Assembly (NCBI GenBank): GCA_964016885.1
Contig: OZ024743.1
Coordinates: forward strand, 28,086,001 to 28,150,000
DNA length: 64,000 nt
Source: Eledone cirrhosa
Lineage: Eukaryota
Direction of reading: 5' to 3'
Position numbers and translations under genes: made by a program. The notes under the pieces were generated by a model, which did no database searches, had not been told where the DNA came from, and saw nothing but the letters and a program-made list of their open reading frames with translations. Positions 14,741 through 31,240 of the stretch are shown here, in pieces. How positions within the stretch are numbered: the first letter of the stretch is position 1; each line of letters begins with the position of its first letter.

Positions 14741-16078
14741 TTTCTTGAGAAATGTGTTTTTGCTCACGTTCATCGTAAAGCAAACAACGAACTGTTTTGT
14801 AATGCCACTTTACGCAGAAAGTCCAAGCAATGTACTCCGGGCAGCCACAACTATTCTGCTCATCTTATGAATATGACTTCTCTGCTCACTTGATAGTTTA
14901 AAGCAACACGATTTATGATTTCCTCACAAGCCATTAAATGTTTTTAGGCGACATTATGGGACTACTTTCAGTTAATTCGTATATTTAGCTAGAACAAATT
15001 CCATACTAGATTTCTTATAACAATTGCGAAAATAAATATTGTAAGTCGCTCACCATTTAAAAATATTTATATTTTATAGATCGGAATTATCGGTGTATTA
15101 TTAAGAATCGTTACACTACAAATGTCTAAAATTCTAATATGAGAAAAATTGTCTTTACATTGTTACCATTGTTATTTATAAAACGACTAAATTAGAAAAT
15201 ATGAAATCAGAGTGACCCTCCGCCACCACCGCGACCACCACAGTCAACGTCAACGTAAATGAAAGGATTGACTAATTAGAGGATCTCTTCCAAGCGCTTT
15301 CTTTGATGACATAGTATTAAATACAGAAATTGACAGTAAATTCAGAGATCAAAGTCATACATATATTGCTACCATAATCATAGGTTCTCATTTTTATTTA
15401 TCTTTTTGAGGTGACATCTCATAAATCAAAGGTAGCTAATTTTGAAAATAAAACCACCATTTAAAATTACAACGCCCGCGTGCCAAGAAAGCATCTTTAC
15501 GTGCCGCAAGTCACCACACTTACATTAGGTAAAGTGCTGTGTATTGGAGAGGATTGCAGTTGCGTTAATCCCATACACCTAGCAATGTATACTGGTTTCA
15601 AATGAAATCCTTCTTTTGTACAGCTAAACGAATTTTCAACGCAAAATTAGTTAATAATAAAACGCAAAATATTTCACACTACTAATGTACGGTAATGCGA
15701 CAAAACGAATAAAGCGTTAAAGGTATTTTCAGCTAGTTCATAAATATAAGTCCACTGAGTAAAGTCCAAGTTATATTTCTTGTGTTTCAACATGATTAGG
15801 ACTCGTATATGTGACAAATGTCTGTTTCCCCATCTTTACATTCCCTTGTTTTTATTGAGGGAATGGTGAGATAGGCTACAGGAACTATCCTCGGAAGTAT
15901 TCAAATGAATCATACTCTCCTAACGAGAAAAATATTAAAGTACGTTCAGACATTTGCATATTAACGATTACTATTAAAAGAAACTACATCTCTGAAATTA
16001 TACACCTCTCTAGTAAATATATATATATATATTGCACTGGCGTATTCATCAGAGTTCCGTTTATATATATATATATAA

Positions 16079-16438
16079 AATGATATTAAATAAATGGAAA
16101 CTATATTTATAAAACCATATTTATTTTATTATATATATTTCAAGGGTACCAAGACAACATTGGTACGCTTTCATCAGATAAAATACAAAGTTTGTTTTAT
16201 AAATAGAGACGTACCCATGAAAATCATACATTATCGGTTGGAAATCACTGGATAGTCCAGTGAAAGCGTACCAATGTTGTCTTGATATCCTTGAAATATA
16301 TATAATAAAATAAATATGGTTTTATAAATATAGTTTCTATTTATTTAATATCATTGAATATTTACTCCAGTAACAGTTGAGTGCTCTAAATCAGTTATAA
16401 ACATTTATATTCCAACAAATTAAATAGCCCTTCTACTT
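16079..16438. mobile_element. Non-coding family A pLTR fold-back insert in (TA)n
   Basis: 16079-16173 is inverted relative to 16261-16355, followed by the unpaired 3' tail; homologous to 4330-4563. Confidence 0.85.
16122..16185 (-). ncRNA. Hammerhead ribozyme, family A
   Basis: Minus strand: tattttat-CTGATGA-...-GAA-ATATATAT-A-ataaaata (perfect 8-bp stem I). Confidence 0.85.
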
Positions 16439-16493
16439 ATATATATATATATATATGATTCGTTTCTTATTGGCAACACGACCCTCCCAAAGC

Positions 16494-16550
<57 letters not shown>

Positions 16551-16601
16551 TAGGCCGAATTTGCTTGCAAACCGCCAGAGATTCGATTTTACTAAATTTC
16601 C

Positions 16602-16671
<70 letters not shown>

Positions 16672-17038
16672 GTTAATATATATACATATATAAAATACGT
16701 TAATATATATATATATATAAAATACGTTAATATATATATATATAGTATTTTAAAGAGCTCAGGATTCCTTTTCCTTTGAGCACATTATTGACAGGGAATA
16801 ACGAGAGTCTATGGCTCCGTTAATTTATCGTGATATTTCGCTCCTTATAACAGTCTTTCCTCTCTCTCTGTTTGGTTGAGCACACTTCGTTGAGTGGTTT
16901 TTGGGCTGCCCTTTCTAGCAGCTCGTCCCTGAGATACCACTGGTTCACTGCCCTAAACACGGTGTGACATCTATCTGCCACGTGTAGCTGGACGGTCGCT
17001 TTAGATTCTCTTAGAGTTGTCTGGAACGTATAGTCTTG

Positions 17039-17119
17039 CACGCGCTGATGAACCATGGGTTATTTCATTTCAGTCAACAACCTCCTGGCGAAACAGATCT
17101 CTTTGGATTTGTACGCGTG
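17039..17119 (+). ncRNA. Canonical type I hammerhead ribozyme in a ~510 bp non-coding insert (about 16745-17260)
   Basis: cacgcg-CTGATGA-a-cca..tgg-c-GAA-acagatct-cttt-ggatttgt-A-cgcgtg; GUA site at 17113. Confidence 0.85.
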
Positions 17120-17308
17120 TGTTATATAGTTATAGAGGTGGGTATATTAATTTTAATTTATATTTTTAATTATTGTGTGTCTACCTTGCCTTCCATACAG
17201 TATAGATTCCATACACTGGTGGTTTTCCCTGTTTTATTGATGGCAACTTTCTCTCTCTAGTGTGTTACCTTTTCAACATATTGTATATATATATATATAC
17301 ATATATAT

Positions 17309-17339
<31 letters not shown>

Positions 17340-17369
17340 CATATATACATATATATACTGTGTATATAT

Positions 17370-17448
<79 letters not shown>

Positions 17449-17455
17449 CCTATAA

Positions 17456-17833
17456 ATTAATCCGCATCTTTCACAAGCACTTCTAGATAAGTTTTTTTCA
17501 ATGCTGAATTTTAAATAAGATATTCTATTACACGTGTATATGTATATTTGTATTTTGTTGACAGAAAATTGTTCAGTTAAAATCACCAAATTACAAAGTG
17601 AAGGAGACGGAATGGTAAACGTGTCCATAAAGAAAAAAAGACTCATTTTTTTCCCAGATAGAATCCACATCATTTCACGTTTAACTTCAATCACGAACTC
17701 TCTCTTCTAATTATGGAAAATCACGACAATAGTTCAATTATAATTCATTAGTATGCAAGTATGATCTACAAAAGTATTCTTTCTTATGTCCTAGGAAGAG
17801 TTATGCTGTCATGGATGACCATATAAAAATTGA
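17456..17833 (+). repeat. Copy 2 of the dispersed direct duplication
   Basis: Colinear with 14331-14740. Confidence 0.85.
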
Positions 17834-17994
17834 ATGGCCGCTACGGTCAACATATGTCCTCAGGATAAACCCTGACCAATCCAAGAAAGTTCGGTTTGGC
17901 CATATAAGTTTATTCTGTTAAAGAGTAAAGACTTCTTCTTCTTCTTCTCCTCCTTCTTCTTCTTCTTCTTCTTCTTCTTCTTCTTCTTCTTCTT

Positions 17995-18760
17995 GGGGAT
18001 GTCGTGGGGAAGAGTCTCAAACACTCCTTCCAGTGGGTCCTGTCAGAGGCAACATTCTCTAACTAATCTGATTGGAACCCCACGCGAGACCAGCCTAGCT
18101 CATCCAGCCATCCAGCCATCGTTTTCGGGGTCTACCCCTGTGTCTCCTGGAGTGACTTTCTGATCTCCCAGCTATGCACTCTATCGAGTAAGTTACTCCA
18201 GAGACCCTTGAGAGGAACCCCATTTCGGTCACTTGTATTTGCTATCATATTTGTTCGGTCATTACCCAAAATTCATAACCATAGGTATGGGTTGGCACGA
18301 AAACCGAATTGAAGATAGTGAGTTTGGCTTTTACACTTACCTCCTTTCTTCTCATTACAGAATGCTGAAGCTGGCGCATTACTGCACCAGCTCCTGCAAT
18401 TCTTGCACTTAATTCAACCTCTTGCCTTCCATCACTTGTGAACACGGCCCTGAGATACTTGAACTTCTCCATCTGCTTCAGTGGAACTCTATTCAACATG
18501 TATAGCGCACTGCGCAGGCTTGCTTGAGAGGACAAGTGTCTCAGATTCCGCAGCACTGATTTTCATTCCAGCCATGCAACACTTGGCATCAAACCTATCA
18601 AGTGCAAGTCGGAGATTACCTTCTGTCGAGTTAAATAACATCATATCGTCTGCAAATTCCAGTCGACTGATTTCCCAGCCGCCAGTCATGATACCACATT
18701 CAACCAAACTGCACATGTCAATCCTATTCATGAAATTATGAACAGGAGAGGTGACACTTC
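17995..18760 (-). mobile_element. RTE-like non-LTR retrotransposon 3' fragment with (GAA)n tail
   Basis: LEFADDMML, EKFKYL, ELSARIAGAGAVMRQL, IFNSVFVPTxTYGYEFW; (TTC)n at 17933-17993. Confidence 0.8.
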
Positions 18761-19928
18761 GTACTTATAACAGAAAATATGATTCGAAAATATTACTCGT
18801 AATTTGTGATGGTGTATAATTCAACTATATATGTATATAAGTAAATCTAAAATATTTAAAGGAAGTTAAATTTAATTATTCATAAATTAATCAAATGCAC
18901 GCAGCGTTTCCCTTCAAACACTAAAGAAATAATTTTGTACTAAATATTATTTAATACACATTAAGTTCTGTTGAAATTGAGGGAAAACGGAACAGTTGTA
19001 TTAAAAAAGAATAAGGGTATCTTAAGACTGATTGATAGTAAATATCGAAAATGTGTTCGGAGAAGACTAACGAAAAAATTTTCTTTTTCCGATCAGTGCT
19101 ATTAAAAACCGAGTTCGTGAGAGAGTATAAGAACACAATTAAAATTCCTGGAAGTCACCATACAGAAAATTATCAAATCAGTAATTGACAGCATGTTTAC
19201 TATGACTGTGATAAACATCGGGCTAGCATATTCATATAGTACTTTATGATTGTATATTTATTCAACATCTTTCTTTCATTGGGGGAAATAACATTTCATT
19301 CCTTCTTGACAACAAATGAACACCAAAGAAATATGATTATATTGAAAACGCTCACATATTATGTTTTTAATCTTATAGGCTAATATGATTCTAAGAGTTA
19401 TTGTATAATAGAAAATCCCCTTTATTCTGCAGCACAGCAACGGGAACGTGATGTATGTCAGCAATGATAGTCGTAGTAGCAGCAGTATCATTATTTTTAT
19501 TATTAATATTATTATTAGTAGTAGTTTTATTAGTATTAGTAGTGGTAGTAGTAGCAGCAGCAACATACAATGTTCATGAACTGTGAACTGTTATTAATAA
19601 GTTTTTATTTGAGGATTAGATATAAATTACGCAACACATGATCGATCGAATCTAAGATAGAATTTTACTAATTCTAAGGAATTTCAAGTTATTCCATTGA
19701 TGAAGGAGTTGAATGAAATATGAAAGAAAGTTATATTGCTCTTCTTTCTGCGGCAATCAATTATTTTAAGAATCGCGTATCAAAGAAATTAAATCCAAAC
19801 TAAAACAGAAATTGCTGCGATTCGATGGAACCTTGGATTTCACTGAAAGTTAAATGTAAAACGTTTTACAGGAAGTATGTTGCTTATCAGGAATTTATTA
19901 AGTTATATAAAGGAATTACACACACACA

Positions 19929-20061
<133 letters not shown>

Positions 20062-20224
20062 GGTATGGTTGTGTGTGTATTTATATATACACATATATAT
20101 TTGACTGTGATAGTGTGCATGCATGTGTCTGTGCATATCAAGATGAATTCCAATTCATTAAAGACTTACGTCATACAGTACGATACTACCTACCTGCTTT
20201 TATACTAAAAAGAAATCTACTGCA

Positions 20225-20413
20225 AAGGATCCAACCCTGGAGACTTCTGGGGTACTTGGCCCTAGGGCTATCTCCCTACCTACCACCATAGGCGCTGAGC
20301 TGGTGAGCCGCAGTTGTGGGCCTAGCGAGATAGAATGACTCTTCCAGCGCATCTCCCTTACCATCCTCCGGGGAAACGCCTTCTCCATTCTGTCCGCCGG
20401 GGCCATGGGGTGA
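20225..20413 (+). mobile_element. C-terminus of a restriction-like-endonuclease non-LTR element (CRE-like)
   Basis: LETSGVLGPRA...IG..L...E*LFQRISLTILRGNAFSIL. Confidence 0.7.
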
Positions 20414-21179
20414 CCAGCGCATGGGACCCCATTTGCTCATAATGGTGAGAGATGGGGAGGGCGAGAGAGATGATGGCGGTTACAGTGGGAGTTCGGCTCC
20501 TCTGTGTTCGGACCTGGTGTACGTGTATGTTTACACTCTTTTCATAGAGAAGTAGCTCCCCAGTACTAACTGCTTGAAGCTATAATACCGCCTTTACATT
20601 ATTTTCTCATCATCTACAGGTAACTGACTATTTCATCTTCAAATACACTTATATACTACTCGTATACTTATATTTTCTGTCAGTACGTTTGTGTCGTAGC
20701 TACCCTCTCATGTTAATAACATATATAACAAGAAAGCAAATTCATACACACACACACACACACACATACATGTATATACACACGCACACACACACACTCA
20801 CACACATATATATATACATACATATGCTTTCATACTCGTATGTGTATTTAATACCTGTATCTGGATGCGTGTTAACTATATTATCTTACAATTTCTTTTT
20901 CAACTCATATTATATACGTATTTGTGGTCACATATACACAAATATACCTGCCCTCATATATGTACTTACGCACACATTTTCACCATACACATGCATTTGT
21001 ACATACACACATATGTACATTTGTGAGTGTATATGCATACATATACACATACCCTAACTATATTTTCTTATTTTTTTATATATCTCTTGCATTACTGTTA
21101 TTTATATATTTTTTGCCCGGTAAACTCTTGCATTTCTTGAGGAGACTTTTCAAATATTTTACTACTTTACTATTTTAAA

Positions 21180-21253
21180 TTGCCTTGTCCGACGAACGAA
21201 TGAGGACGTTTTTCGTATTCGTCTTATTCGGGAAACCTCTGGTAATGAGGTAA
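21180..21253 (+). ncRNA. Degenerate hammerhead ribozyme (core CCGACGA)
   Basis: ttgccttgt-CCGACGA-cgaatgaggacg/cgtcttattcg-GAA-acctctggt-A-atgaggtaa. Confidence 0.6.
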
Positions 21254-21355
21254 ATATATTGTATTGTTTATTATACATTAAATTTTGCTCTGGTACTTAC
21301 ATAGAGCACTCTTCACTCCTATGACTTTTTCAATTTTCAACGGAAACGTCAATAT

Positions 21356-21390
<35 letters not shown>

Positions 21391-21409
21391 ACTACTCCAT
21401 TGCCAACAG

Positions 21410-21519
<110 letters not shown>

Positions 21520-22000
21520 TACAATATATTAATAAATGGAAACTATATTTATAAAACCATATTTATTTTATTATACATATTTCAAGGGCCATCAAGGCAG
21601 ATTATGGTGCGCTTTCATCAGATTAAATACAGATTTGTTTTATAAATTAATATTGACATACCCGGAAAAAAAGACAACCTTAACGGTTGGAGCTTCCTGG
21701 ATAGTGGAGATATTACATTTATTGAGGGTGATAGAAAATTATGAGTGAGTATGCAAATGAGTGTCTGAAAGGTTGAAAAGATAACGGTTTATTTAAATTA
21801 AACTGTTGGAAGAAGGTGATATGTGAGGGAGAGAGAAAAAAAGAAAAACAGAAGAAAGAGATGAGAAAGATAGAAGAGGAAAGAAAGAATGATTATATAT
21901 ATGTTGACAGTGAAAATAGCGTGCGTGAACTGAAGAGTTTCAAAGGATAAATACAGCGTAAGTATATTTAAGTGAGAGAAGAAATGAGTTTCAAAGGATA
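21520..22000 (-). mobile_element. Family A PLE 3'UTR/pLTR, split by the Gypsy insertion (continues ~25242-25955)
   Basis: Homology to 1322-1547; the unit gataaatacagcgtaagtatattta occurs on both sides of the Gypsy element. Confidence 0.75.
21564..21629 (-). ncRNA. Hammerhead ribozyme, family A variant
   Basis: Minus strand: tatttaat-CTGATGA-...-GAA-ATATGTAT-A-ataaaata. Confidence 0.7.
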
Positions 22001-22289
22001 TGTAGCAAGAGTTGCCTTCCTTGTTATGACGATCGCATCAGCAGCAGCGCTGGTACAAGAACGAGAGTCTGACTGCATCGTCCGAAGAAACCAGACGTCA
22101 ATAGCTTCGCTCTGACGATTAACCACGTGATGGGATCCCCACCGTCATGTGCTAATCACTGCAGTCTATTCTTCGGAACATTAAACATTCCAGGTATAAC
22201 CAAAGCATTTATTCTTATTATTATTGTTGTTTCATCTAATAACCGTGTTAATCCATTTGACAATAATTATAACATTTAATTCTTATAAT

Positions 22290-22312
22290 TGGTGACCCCG
22301 ACGTGATTTGAA
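22290..22312 (+). promoter_or_regulatory. Primer binding site complementary to the tRNA-Trp 3' end
   Basis: TGGTGACCCCGACGTGATTTGAA is the complement of the eukaryotic tRNA-Trp 3' end including CCA. Confidence 0.9.
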
Positions 22313-23689
22313 TACGTAGCCTATTTGAATTAGCCATTCGTTTTAATGGCAATGTGGAGTGGCTTAACATTTGGAATATTCGAATCGGGTTGCTCGACTA
22401 ACGTAGCGTAAGTCCATAAAATTCATAATGTTCCATTTGTTGAAGCATGCGGCCTGCACAATATTTCTGTCATAACTTTCATGGTAACACTATTGACTCA
22501 CGCATACAGACGAACACAAAAATACAACACAAAAGAAAGCGTATTTTTCGACGACTAACAAAAAAATTTCTCTTTTCGATTGAATATTGTGCGATGTCTT
22601 CTATCCGGTTGAGGTGGTTTGGTATATTTCAATTAGTTGATAAAATGAGTACGTCATTTTCGTTGAGATGTATCAGCTACCTTTTCGAAGATTACTACAG
22701 CTCGTTCTATGTTTTCGTCTGGCGTGGAATTACAATCCTGCGATAATATGAAAATTTCTTTCGCATGTGCTTCGACGATTAATTTGTTGCTTTTCAACGA
22801 TGATGTATCGTTACGATTTTTAACGAACAAAATCGGATATTTGGCATTGGTTTTTCGAAATGTACATTGTATTTGCTGATTTTAAACCTTCACACGTTCA
22901 TTGCAAAAAGTTTTCACAGTCTAAACGCAAAAAATTCAAGATGGCCGCCTTTTTCCCGCTTTTTGACTTTTTGATTTCATTATCGGCACCGCCATCTTTG
23001 CTTCTTCTTTAAATGCAGCCATTTGATTGGCTTAGCCTCGTCACGAGGACCATATCCTTGTTTTGGAAAAGAAATGCGACGCCATCTTGTTTCATAATGC
23101 TATCATTGATCCACTCTTCGGACTTTCGCTGCTATTTCTTGTACTGTGACTGAATTTCTTTTGCTTGCGGCAACTTTTGAGATGACATTTTTTTTCTCTC
23201 CGCGAGACATCAGCAACATCAATAACAACAACACAGCTTCATCTTTGCTTTATCAACAACCAAAACCAGCAGAACAAAACACAGAGAATTTATTTTTGCA
23301 GCACTCTTCCTGTAAGAAAATCCCACCGCCTTCGGAGTTTGGCAATTTCACGTTGTACCACAGTCTAGAAACCACCTGCATACATTCTCGTGAGGACACA
23401 CTCCCTTTCCTGCTGTCATGTGCTTACATATGTCATGTGCTTTAATTTGAACTTTGTTTATAATTATGTTCGAGCACGTTTCTTTGCTCCTTTGACCTCT
23501 TCTTTTAAGTTGATTACATTGTATCTTTGTGTGATGGATAGATAGATGTCCAGTTGTTCTCTGGCCAAGAACGGTTGGCTACCTTGATATCTATCATTAA
23601 TTGATAAAAATCTATCATTAATTGATTAAAAGCGCATCTTATTCAGCAAGATCGACAGGGGCAAGCATTTGCCCTGGTAACGCTAGAGG

Positions 23690-24545
23690 AACACCAATGG
23701 ACATCGTGGGACCTTGGCCAGTCAGTGGTGGTCATACTTATCTATTGACTGTTATTGATCGTTTTTCGCGATGACCTGAATCCATCCCCTTGAAATACAT
23801 CACTGCTGAAACGACAGCGCGTGCCCTAGTATCAGGATGGATTGCTCGCTTTGGAGTGCCAACCACGATTACAACGGACCGTGGAAGACAGTTTGAATCG
23901 AATCTCTTCCATGAATAAACGAAAATCATCGGCGCTAAACGCATCCGAACGACTGCATATCATCCTGCCTCTAATGGAATGGTGGAGCGTTTCCACCGAC
24001 AACTAAAAGCCGCTCTACGGACTTCTCCTGACTCTACGCGTTGGAGCGAGTACCTCCCTATTGTGTTGTTGGGGATTCGGTCAACAATAAAGGAGGAGCT
24101 TGGGTTCTCCCCGGCCGAATTGTTATATGGTGCTTCTCTAGCGTTACCTGGGCAAATGCTTGCTCCTGTCGATCTTGCTGAACAAGATCCGCTTTCCTAC
24201 GTATCCCGTTTGCGTTCTTATTTTCAGAACCTGCCGCCGATGGATACGAGGAAACAAACTGTAAAATCTGCAGTCCCGAGGGATATTGCCTCGTGGACCC
24301 ATGTGTTCGTAAGAAACGATGCTGTGAGACCACCTCTCACACAACCGTACTCTGGACCCTACCGTGTGTTGGCTCGTTCTGATAAACATTTCACTGTAGA
24401 CATTAAGGGATCCAGAGAGACCATTGCGGTTGATAGACTTAAACGGGCCCACACAGATGCTCACACACCTGAGCCACATACACCCCCATCTTTCTCTTTT
24501 GCACACACACCTGTTTCTTTGTCCCCCCCCCCATCACCAAGATAA
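23690..24545 (+). pseudogene. Gypsy integrase (DDE core + GPY/F), with in-frame stops
   Basis: [65 protein letters not shown]. Confidence 0.9.
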
Positions 24546-25957
24546 GACTACGACCCGTTCCGGTCGGAGGGTTCATTGGCCCCAAAAACTGTGTAGCATG
24601 GTATATTTTTAAACTGCTATTTTGCGGTGCTTTAATCCTGTAGTGACTATTGGAACTTTTAGGAAATTGTATTTACATTTTATTACATTTGTTTTTTCCT
24701 TTCACGTTCTTGAATGCTTGTTTAATATGTATCTTTGAAATTTGTTGTGCCCTTCAGGCTCGGTTGGGCAGATTGCTCCTTGGTTTGGGATTTTTGATAG
24801 TTGCTAATCGGTTTTTATACATACATGATTCGATGAACCGATTTTTATTTAATTTTCTAAAATTCTGGTGGGAGGCCATGTAGAAGATCACGCCATCTAC
24901 CGTCGACTGTGAAGGAAGTCGATTAACTGCCCTTAGTTCTGACGTCACATTCTGACATCAGTAGCTGAGACAATAACACTTGGACAATGAGAGCTCAGAG
25001 ACAATAGGCGTGCTATCTATATGCAGTGATCCAAAGGATGATATCACACCACGCGGCAGTATATGACGACTTAAATATATCCCAACCAAGGAGCACTAAT
25101 GTATTTGAATGTATTCTGTAATTGCTCCTATTAAAAAAATGTTTTTATAACATAAAATTGAGGTATGTTCTTTCTTCCTTGTTGACTATATGCCAGTAAA
25201 CAATAACCAATTAGACGGGATGTCTGACCACCCCGCCTAAAGATAAATACAGCGTAAGTATATTTACGTTAGAGAAGAAATGAAGAAATGAGAATAGCAT
25301 GGAAGAATAATATTTATAATGCAGGATTCATTATGTTTTGATTATAATATTTATAATGATAGGTTGAAAAATTAGATTAAAATTAAAATTAAATTAAATT
25401 AAAATTAAAAAAAGTAAAAAAGTAGAAATCAAAATTAAAATTTACCTTAATATTAAAGATTTAATTTAATAATTTAATAATTAGTTTAAATGTGTATGTT
25501 AAGGATTATAAATTATTTAATTAAATATATATTATTTTACATTAGAGCAAATCTAGTATAGTTTATTTTATTAAAAAGTTGTAAGTCAAAATTTTAAACA
25601 TCCAAATAATTCTAAATTTATGGAAAATTTTCGAGAGTTTACAAAAGAATAACCACTTAGTTATATTGTAAAAACAGTAAGGGAGCGTAAAGGAAGTTAT
25701 AAGTGATTTTTTAAGAACTCAGATGACTCTAAGGATTAAATGCTATAAAGTTAAGAAGTTAAACATTTTTTATCTTAAGAATATAATTAAAACATGAACC
25801 ATATGTTATTTTATACGAAGTCATAAATTTACTTGCTATAAAGTTAAAACATTAAAAAAAAATTTATCTTAACAATATATTTAAAGCATAAACCATAGGT
25901 TACTCCACATATATATAAAAAAACCATATGTTTTTCCACATATATATAAACATTTGG

Positions 25958-26043
<86 letters not shown>

Positions 26044-26646
26044 TGTTGGTAATGGAGTAGTTTATTTTGTGTTGTTCACTCTCTAATTAAATAGATCTGT
26101 TCTATACATAGAGCATTCTTCTTTCCTTTTCCTTTGGAATTACGTAACACACACCCACACACCCACCCACACACACACATATATATATAGTCAAATTTTC
26201 ACTTATTCTTAATCTTTTGTCTCCCGCACTCTTCAGCTTTTGTGAAGCGTATCGTAAAGAAGGTCGATATAATTTCAATATAAATTGCAAATATGTTGAC
26301 ACTTATATGTGCTCACACACATACATGCACCCGCACTCACGCACTCGCTCACTCACACACACACACACACTCACACACGCTCACACACGCATATATGTAT
26401 ATTTATATATGTAACTGTATGTGGTAGAGATAATACATTGTTGCATAACTTCTGTCACATTTCCTGTGACTATTTTTGATGCACAAGGAATCATTTTTCG
26501 ATTTAATTATAATTAAATTATTAGGTTATAATAATTATTATATCATTAAATTTATTCTGTTAATTTTCATCTGATTTTAGAATTTATATCTATTTTATTT
26601 ATTTGAGATACGAGAGAAAAATCTACGACAGCACCAAATATATACG

Positions 26647-26732
<86 letters not shown>

Positions 26733-26765
26733 CTTATGCCTATACATACCCCCACACATACACAC

Positions 26766-26818
<53 letters not shown>

Positions 26819-27359
26819 CTTGAAGAAACAAGGAGTTGTGTGGTTACTTAATATAATGTATTTAGAAATAAGAGAAAGGCACAAATGAGCGACATTCCCA
26901 TCATTAGTTGTCTGCTGGAGATCACGGACATTTCTACGCATTAATGACAGCCATTCCTGCATAGCCAGCAAACGTCATGAGCTTGAGTCTTGTGGATATC
27001 GCGAACTGATATGGCTTTTTAAGTCAGCAAGTGACGTACAGGGTTTTACACAGATTTAGAAGGTGTACAACGCTCTCGATACCAAAAGTTGGAGCGACCA
27101 ACTTCATCAGGTCACCTTTTAAAACTAGGGTTAGCTATTCGCCTCATTCAAATAGCTTATAATATCGAGTGTTGCTTGTGCGTGAAGCTTTTTATAGTGA
27201 ACAAAACCCTTGCAATGGAACAACCCCACTCACTGAGTAACAATATGTATAATCTGAAAAGAAGAATAGCTCAACATCATCAGTTAGCTGCAGGTTTTAC
27301 ATTCCACACTCAGAAACCAACTTGAGTATTTATATAACCCTGCGCGTAATATATATAAG

Positions 27360-30563
<3,204 letters not shown>

Positions 30564-30761
30564 TTAAGTCGTTTGGAAGCCTCGACAATGCAAATGGGTA
30601 AATCTCCGGGTAACAAGGTCCGGTGGTGGAGAGAGAGATGTAAGTGGGTGTACGTTGAGATGCGTGGTGTGTATAAGATGTGTGAGGTGTGTAGAATGAA
30701 GGGAAGAGTATAAAGGATAAAATAAAAATAACAACACAAGAGAGAGTTACGTTATATAATT

Positions 30762-30812
<51 letters not shown>

Positions 30813-31158
30813 TACATACATACATATATATATATAAATATATAAATATGTCCTTAACACTATAACTAAATAATTACAGTACTCCCTCCCTCCTAAATCT
30901 CTCAATTTGTATGATGAATTATTATTATTCATCTGTTGCCTCAGCTACATCTCTTTTTTCACCTCCTCACTATTTCTCTCTCCCCTATCTCTCTCTATTT
31001 CTCTCTTTTTTTCTTTACATACATTTCTTCTTTTTCTCCGTCTTTCTTTTTAACTGTGCTAACACTAAATATTTATAAACATCTCTCAACAATTATATGA
31101 AAGACGTAAAATAAGAAAATTTTAAATACTAAAAATCAACTTACTTACTAAAATTTTC

Positions 31159-31240
31159 ACTGCAACTAATTAGTTTCTGTAAGGGGATAAATATAGTTAC
31201 GTAATATAACTATAGAGAATTCCTTACGTTATCAGGGAGT
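31159..31240 (-). ncRNA. Hammerhead ribozyme, family E, mutated copy (CTGATAA)
   Basis: Reverse complement of 31974-32055 with G8A and a stem I mismatch. Confidence 0.6.

Larger units (their letters stand above)
22001..25241 (+). mobile_element. Internally deleted Ty3/Gypsy LTR retrotransposon (5' LTR-like 22001-22287, PBS, integrase, PPT, 3' LTR-like 24879-25241)
   Basis: TGTAG starts at 22001 and 24879; PBS at 22290; purine-rich tract ggtgggagg before 24879; GATA on both flanks. Confidence 0.7.

Noticed and set aside
22290-22322. tRNA-Trp gene on the minus strand
   Set aside because: Only the 3' portion including CCA, located right after an LTR-like segment, so it is a PBS
27059-27118. 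Minus-strand CTGATGA with gttgg/ccaac hairpin
   Set aside because: No correctly placed GAAA or UH; at best a decayed hammerhead, not counted
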